DNA from: Nemertoderma westbladi
Taxonomy: Eukaryota > Animalia > Xenacoelomorpha
Assembly (NCBI GenBank): GCA_032718475.1
Contig: JAUCBJ010002283.1
Coordinates: forward strand, 1 to 34,250
DNA: 34,250 bases
Direction: 5' to 3'
In this document: in pieces, positions 23,541 through 34,250 of the stretch
Numbering within the stretch: position 1 is the stretch's first letter
Layout: each line of letters starts with the position of its first letter
The notes under the pieces: model-generated
Told to the model about the DNA's origin: nothing
Databases searched by the model: none
The model's input: the letters and a program-made list of their open reading frames with translations, nothing else
Position numbers and translations under genes: made by a program

Positions 23541-25969
23541 CAGTCCCGCTCACCAACAGAGTGCCATCGGATCCGATCGGATCCAACACACTCCGACAGC
23601 TTCAAACAAGCACAATGCTAACCTACGGAGATTTAGTACTGTTTGATTCTGTTGGAGAAAATATTTCCAACAAGTTTAGTCTGTTGGAGCCCATCTGAAT
23701 CTGTCTGAAATCCGTCTGAAAGTGTTTGAAATTTCTGTTGGATGTTGTTGGAAGCTATCTGAAGTTGTCTGAAGCTGTTTGAAATTGTCTAAAACTGTTG
23801 GAAGTTGTCTGAAGATGTTTGACGCCATCGGAATTTGTTGGAATTTGCCAATGCCTTACAAAAGCGTAGTTCATTAACAAAATGTCAATCACTTTTACTC
23901 TCAATTTGAAGTGATTGTGAGGGTGTGCTATTGTCAATTATAAACCGAAACAAAGATTTGTTTCATTTAACAATTTTTATTTACATAATTATGTCGTTAA
24001 TTATATCAATTAATTAACTAAAATGCATAAACGAATAATAAATTCCTATAATATAAATTCCGATAAATGAATATAATAACACCAACACGTTTTTAATTCC
24101 TTAATTTAATTAGAAATGTAAATAATGCTATAAATATATTAGTTTCTTTGACGTAGGGCACTAAATACTGCACATAAACAGATATAAACACAAACAGATT
24201 AAGCAAACAGTAAATATAATTACAATGAGTGAAAAAAATATTTTTGGTTAATTTTATTAGTTGTGTTGAAAGAGCATCGAAATGAAAAGGTTTGCACGTA
24301 ATACTTCTAGCCCAACTATTTTTTCGCGCACCTACCCTATTTGAGTAAATTACATTCACACACTCAAAAGTTATTGCAACTTTAGTCTCTGCAAGGCGAA
24401 CTTCGAAACGGAACTCCATATCCAATATTGGTTTATAGTTAAGCGGTTCCCTAGTTACGAAATAAATATTCGAGAACAATAAATTATTTAACATTGAGTA
24501 AGGCAGCATGTAGGCAGAATTTAGGAACAAACAAGTACCTATATAAGAATAAAATTACGTATACATGGGAAAACTTATTTTGAATAATAATTATCACTAC
24601 CCTTTAGTAATGATGGGTCGAAAGTCCCCCCTAGCCCTTCACAAGGGAGGGTGGACGTAGGGACGGGGCCCAACGCCAACATATCGTGATAGTTTGTCAC
24701 ATTGGAAGGGGAGGGGGGGGGGGGGGGGGGGGGGTTGATGAAACGTGGCTGTTAATGTTAAACGTGAATGAATTAATATCATAAAGTAGTATTGAGCATT
24801 ACGCACAACCATAATAGATTAGATAGAGAATTGGGAATGTGAAGGCCCTTGTTTTCACGTGACTGCCATGCCATATTATGATGTAATGTATATCCGCCAT
24901 GGGAGAAACGAAATTGCGACAACTATGGAGAATCGGGAAGCCTGGAAGGATCTCATTTCCACTATCCGAGTTCGCTCGACTTAGTAGTAGTAGTATATCC
25001 GCCATTGACGTACTGTTGTTATGTAAAAGGTAGACCTAATCACACCAGATACTAATTAAATTAATGTCTTAATAACTAATTATATTCATTCATACAATAA
25101 GCAATGTAGCCAATTAAGGCTGTGATTGACAAATTAACCGCACAATTAATTAATTGACAAAACAAAAATCAAACTAGTAGAGATCATATCCAAACCTGTA
25201 TAAATATAAATAAACACAACGATATAACTAACACATGTACGTACACTATATTAACTGTAGAGGGGGATACTGTCCCTCCTGCGAAAAGCAAAATATATTT
25301 ATCAGTATTTTAATTAATGTAACTTAAAGAAATTGAGCCTTATTCGAAGAAATTCTACATGGGCATTTTGGACCTATACCGCCACTGCTTGGCTCTTTGG
25401 AAGTGTATTTCCATAAAGCTCTATTGTATGGCTCTAGACCAACCCAAAGCAACATTAGTATGTGAACACAGAATTCCATTCCCCATTCATTTCAATGGTA
25501 GCCAACTTGTCTTTCTTGTATTGGGGGTAGACCACTGGTTAGCTTTCTGCTATTGTGTTATTCAAAGATAGCGGCAGGAATAAAGAGAAATACCGACCTC
25601 ACTAATGGGCTGTTCCTTCAGGTCAGCTTAAGTTACAGTGTGAATGTTCAAGGGCGCCGCCAGTGGCCAGTCCACTCTGTCGTTATTGTGGCTTTATGAA
25701 TGGAGTTCCTTTAGTAGTTTCAAAAGCTTTCATTCTATCTGCGCGCAAGAAGATGGGAGTTGAGTTGGGGTTGCGGTTGAGTGTGGGTGGAGTGATTGAC
25801 AGGTTGTTGGAAGTTGTCTATTCTGTTTGAAACTGTCTGAATCTGTTTGAAACTGCCTGAATCTGTTTGAAGTTGTTGGACTGTTGGAGTTTGTCTGAAA
25901 GTGTTTGAAGCTGTTGGATCCGATCGGTTCAGATCGGATCCGATGGCACTCTGTTGGTGAGCTGGACTG
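23541..25969. mobile_element. Non-autonomous TIR DNA transposon with TA target duplication (Tc1/mariner-type ends), 2429 bp, in the K2P intron
   Basis: ta|cagtcccgctcaccaacagagtgccatcggatccgatc ... gatcggatccgatggcactctgttggtgagctggactg|ta (37/38 match); subterminal arrays of about 10 bp; no transposase ORF. Confidence 0.85.
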
Positions 25970-27163
25970 TATTACATTACTCTTTTTTGGTATCGTTTTA
26001 TAGGTTTCTATGTATTTGTTTGTAGCTACTATTATGTCTTTACTGCTGCTAGTTAGTTGGTAGGAATATCTAGGCTATTATTATATTGTGTATACAAACT
26101 CATAACCCGAGTGATAATATTTTACACGAACGAGTGAAGCGAGTGGGTGAAATATTGAAACAACGGAAGGATGTGAGGCACACTTATGAATCCACAATGT
26201 GATACCACATTGTGGATACACAATGTATCCATAATGTTTTATTGTATCAAATCAGGTATTTATTGATTATTCACACTTTCAAAAAGAAGTGATCCCCAGC
26301 GCAAATGGACCGAAAGTGAAATAAAGTTTAGTTTATTGTTTGTTTAATAAGCACTGTCTCTGTAACCTCCTCCTTTCCTATAATGTTTTAAATTAAATTA
26401 AACTAAACAAATACAACACAACACTAAACACAACACATATGTATTTAGTTTTCGCGGTAATAAGCGTTTTTATTATCAAATTCAAAACACTTCCTTGGGT
26501 TCCAGGACGAAAATCCGAATGGATAGATAAAAGGGACAGGAGCAGGTTAGAGTGGCATGTTATTCTATCCAAAATAATCAATTAAATTCAAAATGGCAGC
26601 TTGCGGTTAAATTTTGTCCAAAAATATTCGGCATAGATTCACAGTTTTCGAATAAATTCAGTTTAAAGTGAAATAAACTAGCAAATAACTAGACTACCGC
26701 ATCCAATTAAACCTTGTAAGAATAAGGAAGGGTAATATGTCGATTATTTGACGCTAGGCTCTGGGTGAACGTTAGAAATAAGTTAGAAATAAAATTAATT
26801 AGTTGTGATATGCAATATTTATGGTCCATGGTTGCCAAAACCCTGAACGTGAAGAATATGAAATTTTCACCTTTTGGTCAAAATTTATTGGAATATTATT
26901 TAAGAAGAATTTGTATTAAAATCAAGTGTTTTATATATAGCGCATAGGCCTATTTCTATCTTTTAAACCTACAGATACTAATTATTCGTGTATTTTTTGT
27001 TAGTTAGATTCATTCAGCACTTCTGTACCTTGGGTTTTTAGTGAAAACCTGGCATTCTTGACATGGTGGTAAACTGCAAAGTGAAATATAACATCATAAA
27101 GTATGGTATACTTCATATTATGGTTAACAAAAGTTGATACGTTTCATTATTTTTGCTTTTCAG

Positions 27164-27319
27164 TTATCGTTTACCATTGTGGTGATTATTACAAGGGACA
27201 ATATGTAGTTTTGGGTGCAATAAAGTGGACTAGTTTATCTGTAATCTACGTGACCTTCTTTATGATCGGCCCCAGTGTTATATTCAGTGTCATTGAAGGC
27301 GATTGGGATTTCGGAGTTG
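27164..27319 (+). CDS. K2P channel exon with TM3 and start of the pore 2 helix
   Basis: ttttcag| acceptor; hydrophobic SLSVIYVTFFMIGPSVIFSVIEGDWDF (K2P P..IF..IE.W motif); G|gtaagt donor; phases fit both neighbouring exons. Confidence 0.9.
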
Positions 27320-27539
27320 GTAAGTTGAATAATTCATTAGTTGTATTATTACAAAATTTAACTACCTCCATTAGGCCTATTTATTACCTACAGTTGGTCC
27401 CGGTGTTCCGCCTACAGCAGACTCTGAGCAAAGAGAACCAGCTATTGTCCGGTCAGGTGCACTTGTGTATACCTCGTCCTGGAATATACCGGTAGTGTCT
27501 GAATTCAGTGACTTTGAGACATTCTGTAATATTTTTCAG

Positions 27540-27946
27540 CGTTCTATTTCAACTTTGTGACGTTGACTACAGTTGGTTTTGGGGACTATGTACCAGCTAT
27601 GCATACGGGGAGCGAACTCACGAGGTGGTTGTACCTCCTCGCCTTTAGTATCTACCTAATCCTTGGACTCAGCTTCTACGTAAGTCTAATAGCTCTCATC
27701 GCCAAAGGCAGAAGTAAAATCGAAGTGAAAGTTGAGGAAAAGATTGAAGAGAAAAAACAACGACGTCAAATTCTACGACCGATAATACGCCGCCTATCGG
27801 TGAGGAGGTTATCGAAAGTGGACCCAGCTGATTTGAATACGGTTACCAGGGCCACAGCCAATGGGGAACCGTCTAGACTCGAGTCTCTCCAACGGGCTAA
27901 TCTCACCGGGGCTGAGAGAACTGTTAATGTTTCTACTATAAGTTAA
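27540..27946 (+). CDS. K2P channel last exon: pore loop 2, TM4 and C-terminal tail
   Basis: ttttcag| acceptor; AFYFNFVTLTTVGFGDYVP; TM4 YLLAFSIYLILGLSF; TAA stop. Confidence 0.92.
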
Positions 27947-28623
27947 TTCAGTAAGGCAGGGAATTCCTTTTCTTTAAAACATTATGGAAACTTTAAATAT
28001 TTACTTATAACATTTGATATTATGTTTATAATTATTGAATAAGTATTATGTAATTTAAAAATGAACTTACTAACAACAAGTTACCTACCCGATGCACATA
28101 ATATTATGTAACTTTCAGTATTAATTTTTCTAGTTAAAATGTAATAACCGTGGGATTTTTTTTGTAATTTTGTATGTAAAGGAAAGGCCGCCACCTATAC
28201 CATTGCGACATAACTACTTTATGTTGAGGTCTCTACGGTATAAAACAACGTCTTTATTACTATTAGCAGCGACATGTATCACTGTAGTCTGGGAAAGACT
28301 GACTAATTTACGGTAAGTTGATATTGGAAAGACAAAATGTAATAATAATTTGCTCATTAGTTCAGTTAATGACCATTCTTGGTTGGAAAACCCAACGCAG
28401 TAAGGATGTAAGAGAGACGGAAAGACTGGCTAGTAATATGATTTTAGTACCGGTAACGGTAGTTTCAAACATACTGTACAACCAGGTCTATTTTAATAAT
28501 TTATATAGGAAGTTTTAATATATTACATGGTCGTTATATTTTATTACCTTTCCCATACCTCTCTCTTTAACAAAGGTTTATTCTTCTACGTAAAGTTGAA
28601 ATCATTTAGAGATACCGTTTATC

Positions 28624-28661
28624 TATATATAAAGACATCCGCGTCGCACTGTTTTACAGTT
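28624..28661 (+). promoter_or_regulatory. TATA box and initiator-like site of the Cys-rich gene
   Basis: TATATATAAAG followed about 30 bp later by ttacagtt; the TATA box is about 120 bp upstream of ATG 28749. Confidence 0.5.
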
Positions 28662-28748
28662 TATTTTTATTCAAATTATTTTTGTTGAAATTCTTGTGTT
28701 GGAGACAGACCCTCAGATTCAACCGGCAACTCTAACACAAAAAGAAAA

Positions 28749-28781
28749 ATGCGAACTGCCTACATTCTTCTTATTGGCCAG
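28749..28781 (+). CDS. Secreted Cys-rich protein, exon 1 (start of signal peptide)
   Basis: aaaATG; MRTAYILLIGQ; CAG|gtaagt consensus donor; phase 0 matches the 30727 exon. Confidence 0.7.
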
Positions 28782-29154
28782 GTAAGTTGTTATAACGATG
28801 AACTATGGTGTGCGTCTACATTCGTTGCAGTTTAAATATTTAAATATTTCGTCGCTTATCGCTTAACAAATCCAGGTAGTGGGAGGAGAGGGGGAGGGGG
28901 GGAATTCTAGACTCAATCTAAATTCATCCCTCAGCTGAATACTTTCAAATATACAACTGTAAACTGTTATATTTACTTTAGTTTATTGTTTTGGTTAGAG
29001 TAACGTGCCACTGTAATCTGTTCCTTTCCCTTAGTTGATAATTTAACAATGGCACTATATATTAATTCGTCGAGGTAAGATTTGCGTCTATGTTCCCCCC
29101 TGTCTCGAAAACGTATCTGTTATTGGGGAGGTGTCCACTTCATAATATCTTTAA

Positions 29155-30245
29155 CCCTTTCCGGACCATGACCTACATGGTAGGTCATCGTTCTAATGCT
29201 CCATGACCTACATGGTAGGCCATACCCTTACATTGGTCCCCAGGCACGCTTATCAAGTTGGAACACTTGCAGGTATGTTTTGATAGGCTATTGGAGCAGT
29301 TAGAAAAATAATTTTGCTTTGGCTGGGCGGGAAATTTAAAAATTTCCAAGTAAAGAAGTATAACAATATTATGTAGAACAGTACTAAGCAGTACACTGAT
29401 TTACGATATAGGCCTAGGCAGCTAGGTGACTACAGTTCAACATATAATGGAGCGGTACCACCAGCGGTGCAGAAAACCCCCTGCAAGCTATGGGTTCGAT
29501 GGGGATGTTTCCTCTGCTAGTGGAGAAGATGACGAGGAATCGGTTGACGACGAATCGGTTGACGAGGAATCGGATGACGAGGAATCGGACGAACATTCCG
29601 AAACTGCCGAGGCTACAAATTCTGATACTGGGGGTGGCGGTGAAATCTGGAATATAATAGAGGGCGGCAACTTGGGGCTGGCATCTTATTCAGCGTCTTT
29701 TACTCAATAGTTTCATTCGGTACCGAACTGATAAATCCACTCCCAAACACTATGACTTTGTGATGGATTACCTCACCCAAATACCAACTAAGAGAGACAA
29801 GTCTCGATCTTCTCAAGTGCAGCCCATAGGAACTACAGCACCGGTACATACACCAGTAAAGATGGGCGCAACTGATAAGACGTCGCGACCCCAGAAGCGT
29901 TGTCGGGTCTGTTGGGTAAACAAGACTGTGAAAAAAAGTAGATTTATTTTTGCTGTTTGTCCAGACAAACCTGGTTTATGTCTAGGATGTTTCTCTATGT
30001 ACCCACCCCATTTGAAATAAATCAGAATATAATATAAATAATTATTTTTGGGTTTAGAAAATAAAGAAAAAAAAAATTTTTCGTTCAGAGATGTTTGCCA
30101 TTTGTTTCAGATTAAAAAAAACTCAAAACTGAGTATATAGGACCATTACAATCAAAGTTACGCGTCATAAAGCAAACTCAATATTTTGCTAAAAATGTTG
30201 GAACACTAGCTGGTGCAAATTTATTAGGCTCTGGGCCGGAAAGGG
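29155..30245 (+). mobile_element. Internally deleted piggyBac element (1091 bp)
   Basis: TTAA|ccctttccggacca ... tgggccggaaaggg|TTAA (13/14 TIR match); acidic N-terminal remnant 29426-29710; C-terminal Cys-rich domain remnant 29760-30020 (KRCRVC..SRF...CPDKPGLC..CF..Y); DDD core absent. Confidence 0.92.
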
Positions 30246-30726
30246 TTAATTATTTAAGTTAAAATTTGGTTTTGATTTTTTAACAAAAAATTGGGTTACT
30301 GAATCAAAATTTCTTTGGGGACACAATAACTGAAATTAAATTCGCGAATTTCATTTCAAAGTTGCAGATGGGTGCAAAAGACGTTTGAAAAAATAAGTGA
30401 AATTGTTTTCATTATTTTCAAAAAATCAAGGTTTTGGGAGAAAAATCCATCCCAGTGATCGAAATGATATAAAACTGATATAAAAAATATATAAAATATG
30501 GTATCGAAAAATTGGTACGACACAAAATTATTATTTTTCGAGAAAATCAAGTTTACATTTTGGCTCCGACTATTTTTATAATAGACATTACTTTCAGACA
30601 TTAAAATACTTTTATTAAATTATATAATAATATATTTTATTATATTATAATAATTTTCCTTATAAAAACAAAGCTACACGGTCCGAATTCACTTAGTTAA
30701 CTTCCTATTCATTTTTATATTATTAG

Positions 30727-30964
30727 TTGATTGGAGGACTTATCCAAAGCAACAGAGGACAAATTCAAATCGGTTCGACTGGATGCACAGCGGGTAGTGG
30801 AACTGGTCCTACTGATTGTTCCAACAATCTGTCTCTTGTATGTCAGCAGACTTATCTGGAAGGGAATGCACAGTTTGCACCAGCGGATGGTGTCACTCAC
30901 TCAAATAATACATGCATGTGCAGCCAAGAGCTTGGTGGTAACGAGTGGACTGGTAGCACTTGCT
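30727..30964 (+). CDS. Secreted Cys-rich protein, exon 2 (end of signal peptide and a 6-Cys module)
   Basis: tattag| acceptor; LIGGLIQSNRG-Q..C..C..C..CMC..WTGSTC; T|gttagt donor, phase 1. Confidence 0.75.
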
Positions 30965-32074
30965 GTTAGTATGATAACATATTGTTGAATAGGAGACGTC
31001 GTTTAACTAAATAATGACATATTTGGTAAAATGTTTATCCTCTCTGTGTAGCATACACTGAATCACTAATTACTTTCAGTTTGGTTCAACCTTAGTTAGG
31101 CCTACAGTTTAGCTATCTGCAGTTCAGTTTGACCTTCCAGTTCATATTATACTTTACCGGTATGTCGTGACTGTCCGATTATATCACCACACATTTATTA
31201 TTTGTGATACACTCTCTGCCCATCCTTCGCAATGCTAATACTATCCCCACGAGAAAAAATGAAGAACACACCACTGAACTCCCTCAACGTAATATAAAAT
31301 AATACAAAATAATTTCAGTAACAAATTGTACAAACAGCATGTGTGAGTACATTGTCCTATCCATTGTACACATAGGGACACTGACCAAAATGCAATCCCC
31401 CATAATATTACCAGTAAACCGGTACCATATCTGTACCATCACCAACTGTACTACTACCCTACCCCCAACTCATCCTGCCAGTTCCTTGCGAGTTACAAGG
31501 ACTTCTCCATAGTGATATGTTCCACTCTTCGTCTGACATCATCAGCGCCGCACACCTCAACCCTAAAGCCCCATTCACAGGTGAAGTGCGGGGTTTTTAA
31601 ACAGCATATTGAACTTTGACAACAATGTCATTCTGCTACTACAGCGCTGTATACAAAAACCCACACGCTGTAATTGAGCGGCATTGTTGTTTTACAGCAC
31701 CACCACCGTACTCTTACATAGCAATGTCACCGCAGTTCTCACGACTCTGTCACAGCGAAGTTTATTAGTTAACAGAAACCTCCAATGGGTTCGCGTTCTT
31801 TCACGACACACGGGAGCAATACTACTCTATGTTTGAAAACCCCAACATATTTTTTCCTTCTAATTTTATCAAATTAACTTCTGTTAACTAATTCATTTTG
31901 TTTTTATGAACTTTTGTTCATTAATTCCTTACTAGCTCTACGTACATGTCTGCCCGTTTAATTATAAGTTTAACTGACTAATCGCATTCCTGTAGGTCAT
32001 GATGACCTCCCGTTGTACCTCAAATACTTTCAGTTTCCTCTTATGATTATATTATTGTATAATTTGGTTCACAG

Positions 32075-32201
32075 CTCCTTGTACCGGTAACGGCGCCTGC
32101 AAGGGTGGTGTTGGCACTGTCTGCACGATCGGTAAGTGTGAATGCACTGATGGTAGAGTTGGGTCTCTAGATCTCGCGTCTGGTGATAACCCAAAGTCAC
32201 A
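32075..32201 (+). CDS. Secreted Cys-rich protein, exon 3 (EGF/EB-like module); the gene continues
   Basis: ttcacag| acceptor, phase 1; SPCTGNGACKGGVGTVCTIGKCECTDG..; CA|gtaagt donor, phase 2. Confidence 0.75.
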
Positions 32202-33868
32202 GTAAGTCGGTTCTGCATCTTTCTGTTAATTAATAATTATTATTATATTATTTAGATAAAATAAAATAAACATATGTATATATATTAATATTATAATTAC
32301 TATATTACAATATATTTTAAAATTCAATGCGAGCACAATCCGGCTATACAATTAATTAATTTAATATAATTTGAATTAGTAATTTTGTCGAGGCGTTTAT
32401 GGGGGGCTTGACCTTAGTAAGTGCTTCGGGCCGTTATGTATAGTGAATCGAGTTGTATAGTGAATGTAGTGACGAGATCTAGAATTAGTTACTGTAAGTA
32501 TGATGCCTCAGCATTTACAAACTGCTTCAAAGGAGGCGCGATAATACGTGTAAACCGTTCCGTTATATTGTGTTGTTGGCTAGTAAATGTACGTGTGACT
32601 TACATAGCAGGTTGGACACTACTTTGGTCTAGTGCGTGGTAAGCGCACGATTTACTCGAATCACTTGCATCGCTGGTAAATAATAGTTACTAGTTGGGAA
32701 TAATATAACAATACTGTGGACTCACACATTCGCATTAAATGAACCGAATCTTATTACTAACAGGGCGCACTTACATTTATCGTGTGGAAATCAAGTTAGT
32801 TTGATCTTTAGTCCAATATATTCATCAACAAGTAGGGCAAATATAAGTTGTTAATACAAATGATTAGATAGATTGCAAATGATTAGCGCAAGTGACTTGA
32901 CTAGCGCAATGTCAAGTGATTAGGTAAATATTGCGGACCACTGTAACTAAAGTGGCCCAAAGGCACTTACAAAGTCAATGCAAATTAACCTAAGATGTTA
33001 TTTAGGTTAAGCCAAGGTGGCCTGTAAGGCGTAAGGGTTGACAACGAATATATACGATGTTTAGTGAAATAGAACAGCCAATAAGATGCAGGGATACCAA
33101 CTCCGGCAGCTACCAATGAGAGTTCAGTAATACTACAACCGTTGTTAGGCAACAATATAAACAACCTTATGGGCCATTCAATACATTCGAAGCACAAATA
33201 TTATACGCATGGAAATCGAATAATAATACGATAAAAATATAAAATTTCTGTATACAGTTAGCATGACTAGCTTGTTTTTATTAAAGATTTCTTTTTTTTT
33301 AATGCACATTTAAATAATAATAAAATACATGACATAATACAATTAACGAACAAAGCAACACAAAAACAGCACTGACAATGGGAAACAACAAAGAGTTAAG
33401 TTACAGTTAGCATTGGCAGCAAATAATTTAGCACTTTTTTTAATTTTTAAGTTCAAAAAGTTCAAAGTTTTTTAGCACTAATATATATTGGTTTGATTAA
33501 ATTACTAATTAAATTTTTTTTAATATTATATAAATATATTATATAATATACTGTATATTATTATTTATATAATCTATAGATTTTCTGAACACTTTTATTA
33601 CATTCGTGATTTCCCCATTAATTAATTTGAATGTTTTTCACACCCAGATTTTTCAGAGTGGGGTGACGACGATGACTTTCGACGCATTAAAATTCATCCC
33701 ACTCCAGAGGAAAATCGACGCAAATGACAGCCCAAATTAAAACTCTAACCTGTTCCATTAAAGTAATAGTAAAGTAAATTTTCTTTGGCCGCTAGACCAG
33801 GGATTACGCACAAAGTGTGACGACTTATTTCCAATAGAAAAGTAGCTTTAAGTCCAAATCGGTATACC

Positions 33869-34250
33869 TTAGGTCCTGTAGCGTTAGGTCCCGTAGCTTT
33901 AGGTCCTGTAGCGTTAGGTCCTGTAGCGTTAGGTCCTGTAGCGTTAGTTCCTGGCGCGTTAGGTCCCGTAGCTTTAGGTCCTGGCGCGTTAGGTCCTGTA
34001 GCGTTAGGTCCTGGAGCGTTAGGTCCCGTAGCGTTAGGTCTTGTAGCGTTAGGTCCTGTAGCTTTAGATCCTGGTGCATTAAGTCATGTAGCGTTAGGTC
34101 CTGTAGCGTTAGGTCCTGTAGCGTTAGGTCCTGTAGCGTTAGGTCCTGTAGCGTTAGGTCCTGTAGCGTTAGGTCCTGTAGCGTTAGGTCCTGTAGCGTT
34201 AGGTCCTGTAGCGTTAGGTCCTGTAGCGTTAGGTCCTGTAGCGTTAGGTC
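33869..34250. repeat. 15-bp tandem array (ttaggtcctgtagcg)n, about 25 copies, runs off the right edge
   Basis: Directly visible; variant units at the left, homogeneous from about 34090. Confidence 0.97.

Noticed and set aside
24093-24530. 145-aa minus-strand ORF inside the TIR element as a transposase
   Set aside because: Rich in F/I/L/N/Y as expected from AT-rich non-coding DNA, with no DDE or HTH motif.
30731-30988. 85-aa hydrophobic ORF as a membrane protein or K2P TM1
   Set aside because: Alternative frame of the Cys-rich exon, and it lies downstream of the K2P gene.
31564-31580. taa-agccccattcaca resembling a PIF/Harbinger TIR
   Set aside because: No inverted partner was found in the window.

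Overview
AT-rich, intron-containing eukaryotic DNA, most likely from an invertebrate animal; the taxon cannot be fixed from sequence alone. The left two-thirds is a cluster of decayed minus-strand LTR retrotransposons. Element A is a near-complete Bel/Pao element (gag-PR-RT-RH-IN, about 3105-10965). Element B is a second, divergent Bel/Pao element (16302-22076) truncated inside RNase H. A further single reading frame of at least 455 codons runs from 1366 off the left edge; it is broken only by three in-frame stops and has no recognisable homology. The right third holds two spliced plus-strand host genes. One is the 3' part of a two-pore-domain K+ channel (K2P/KCNK family). The other is the 5' part of a secreted Cys-rich EGF/EB-like protein. 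Their introns contain a TA-flanked TIR element, an internally deleted piggyBac and HINE/MITE-like repeats. The window ends in a 15-bp tandem array. The best lead for something undescribed is the orphan ORF downstream of element A pol, together with the failure of element A's two LTR-like ends to match.
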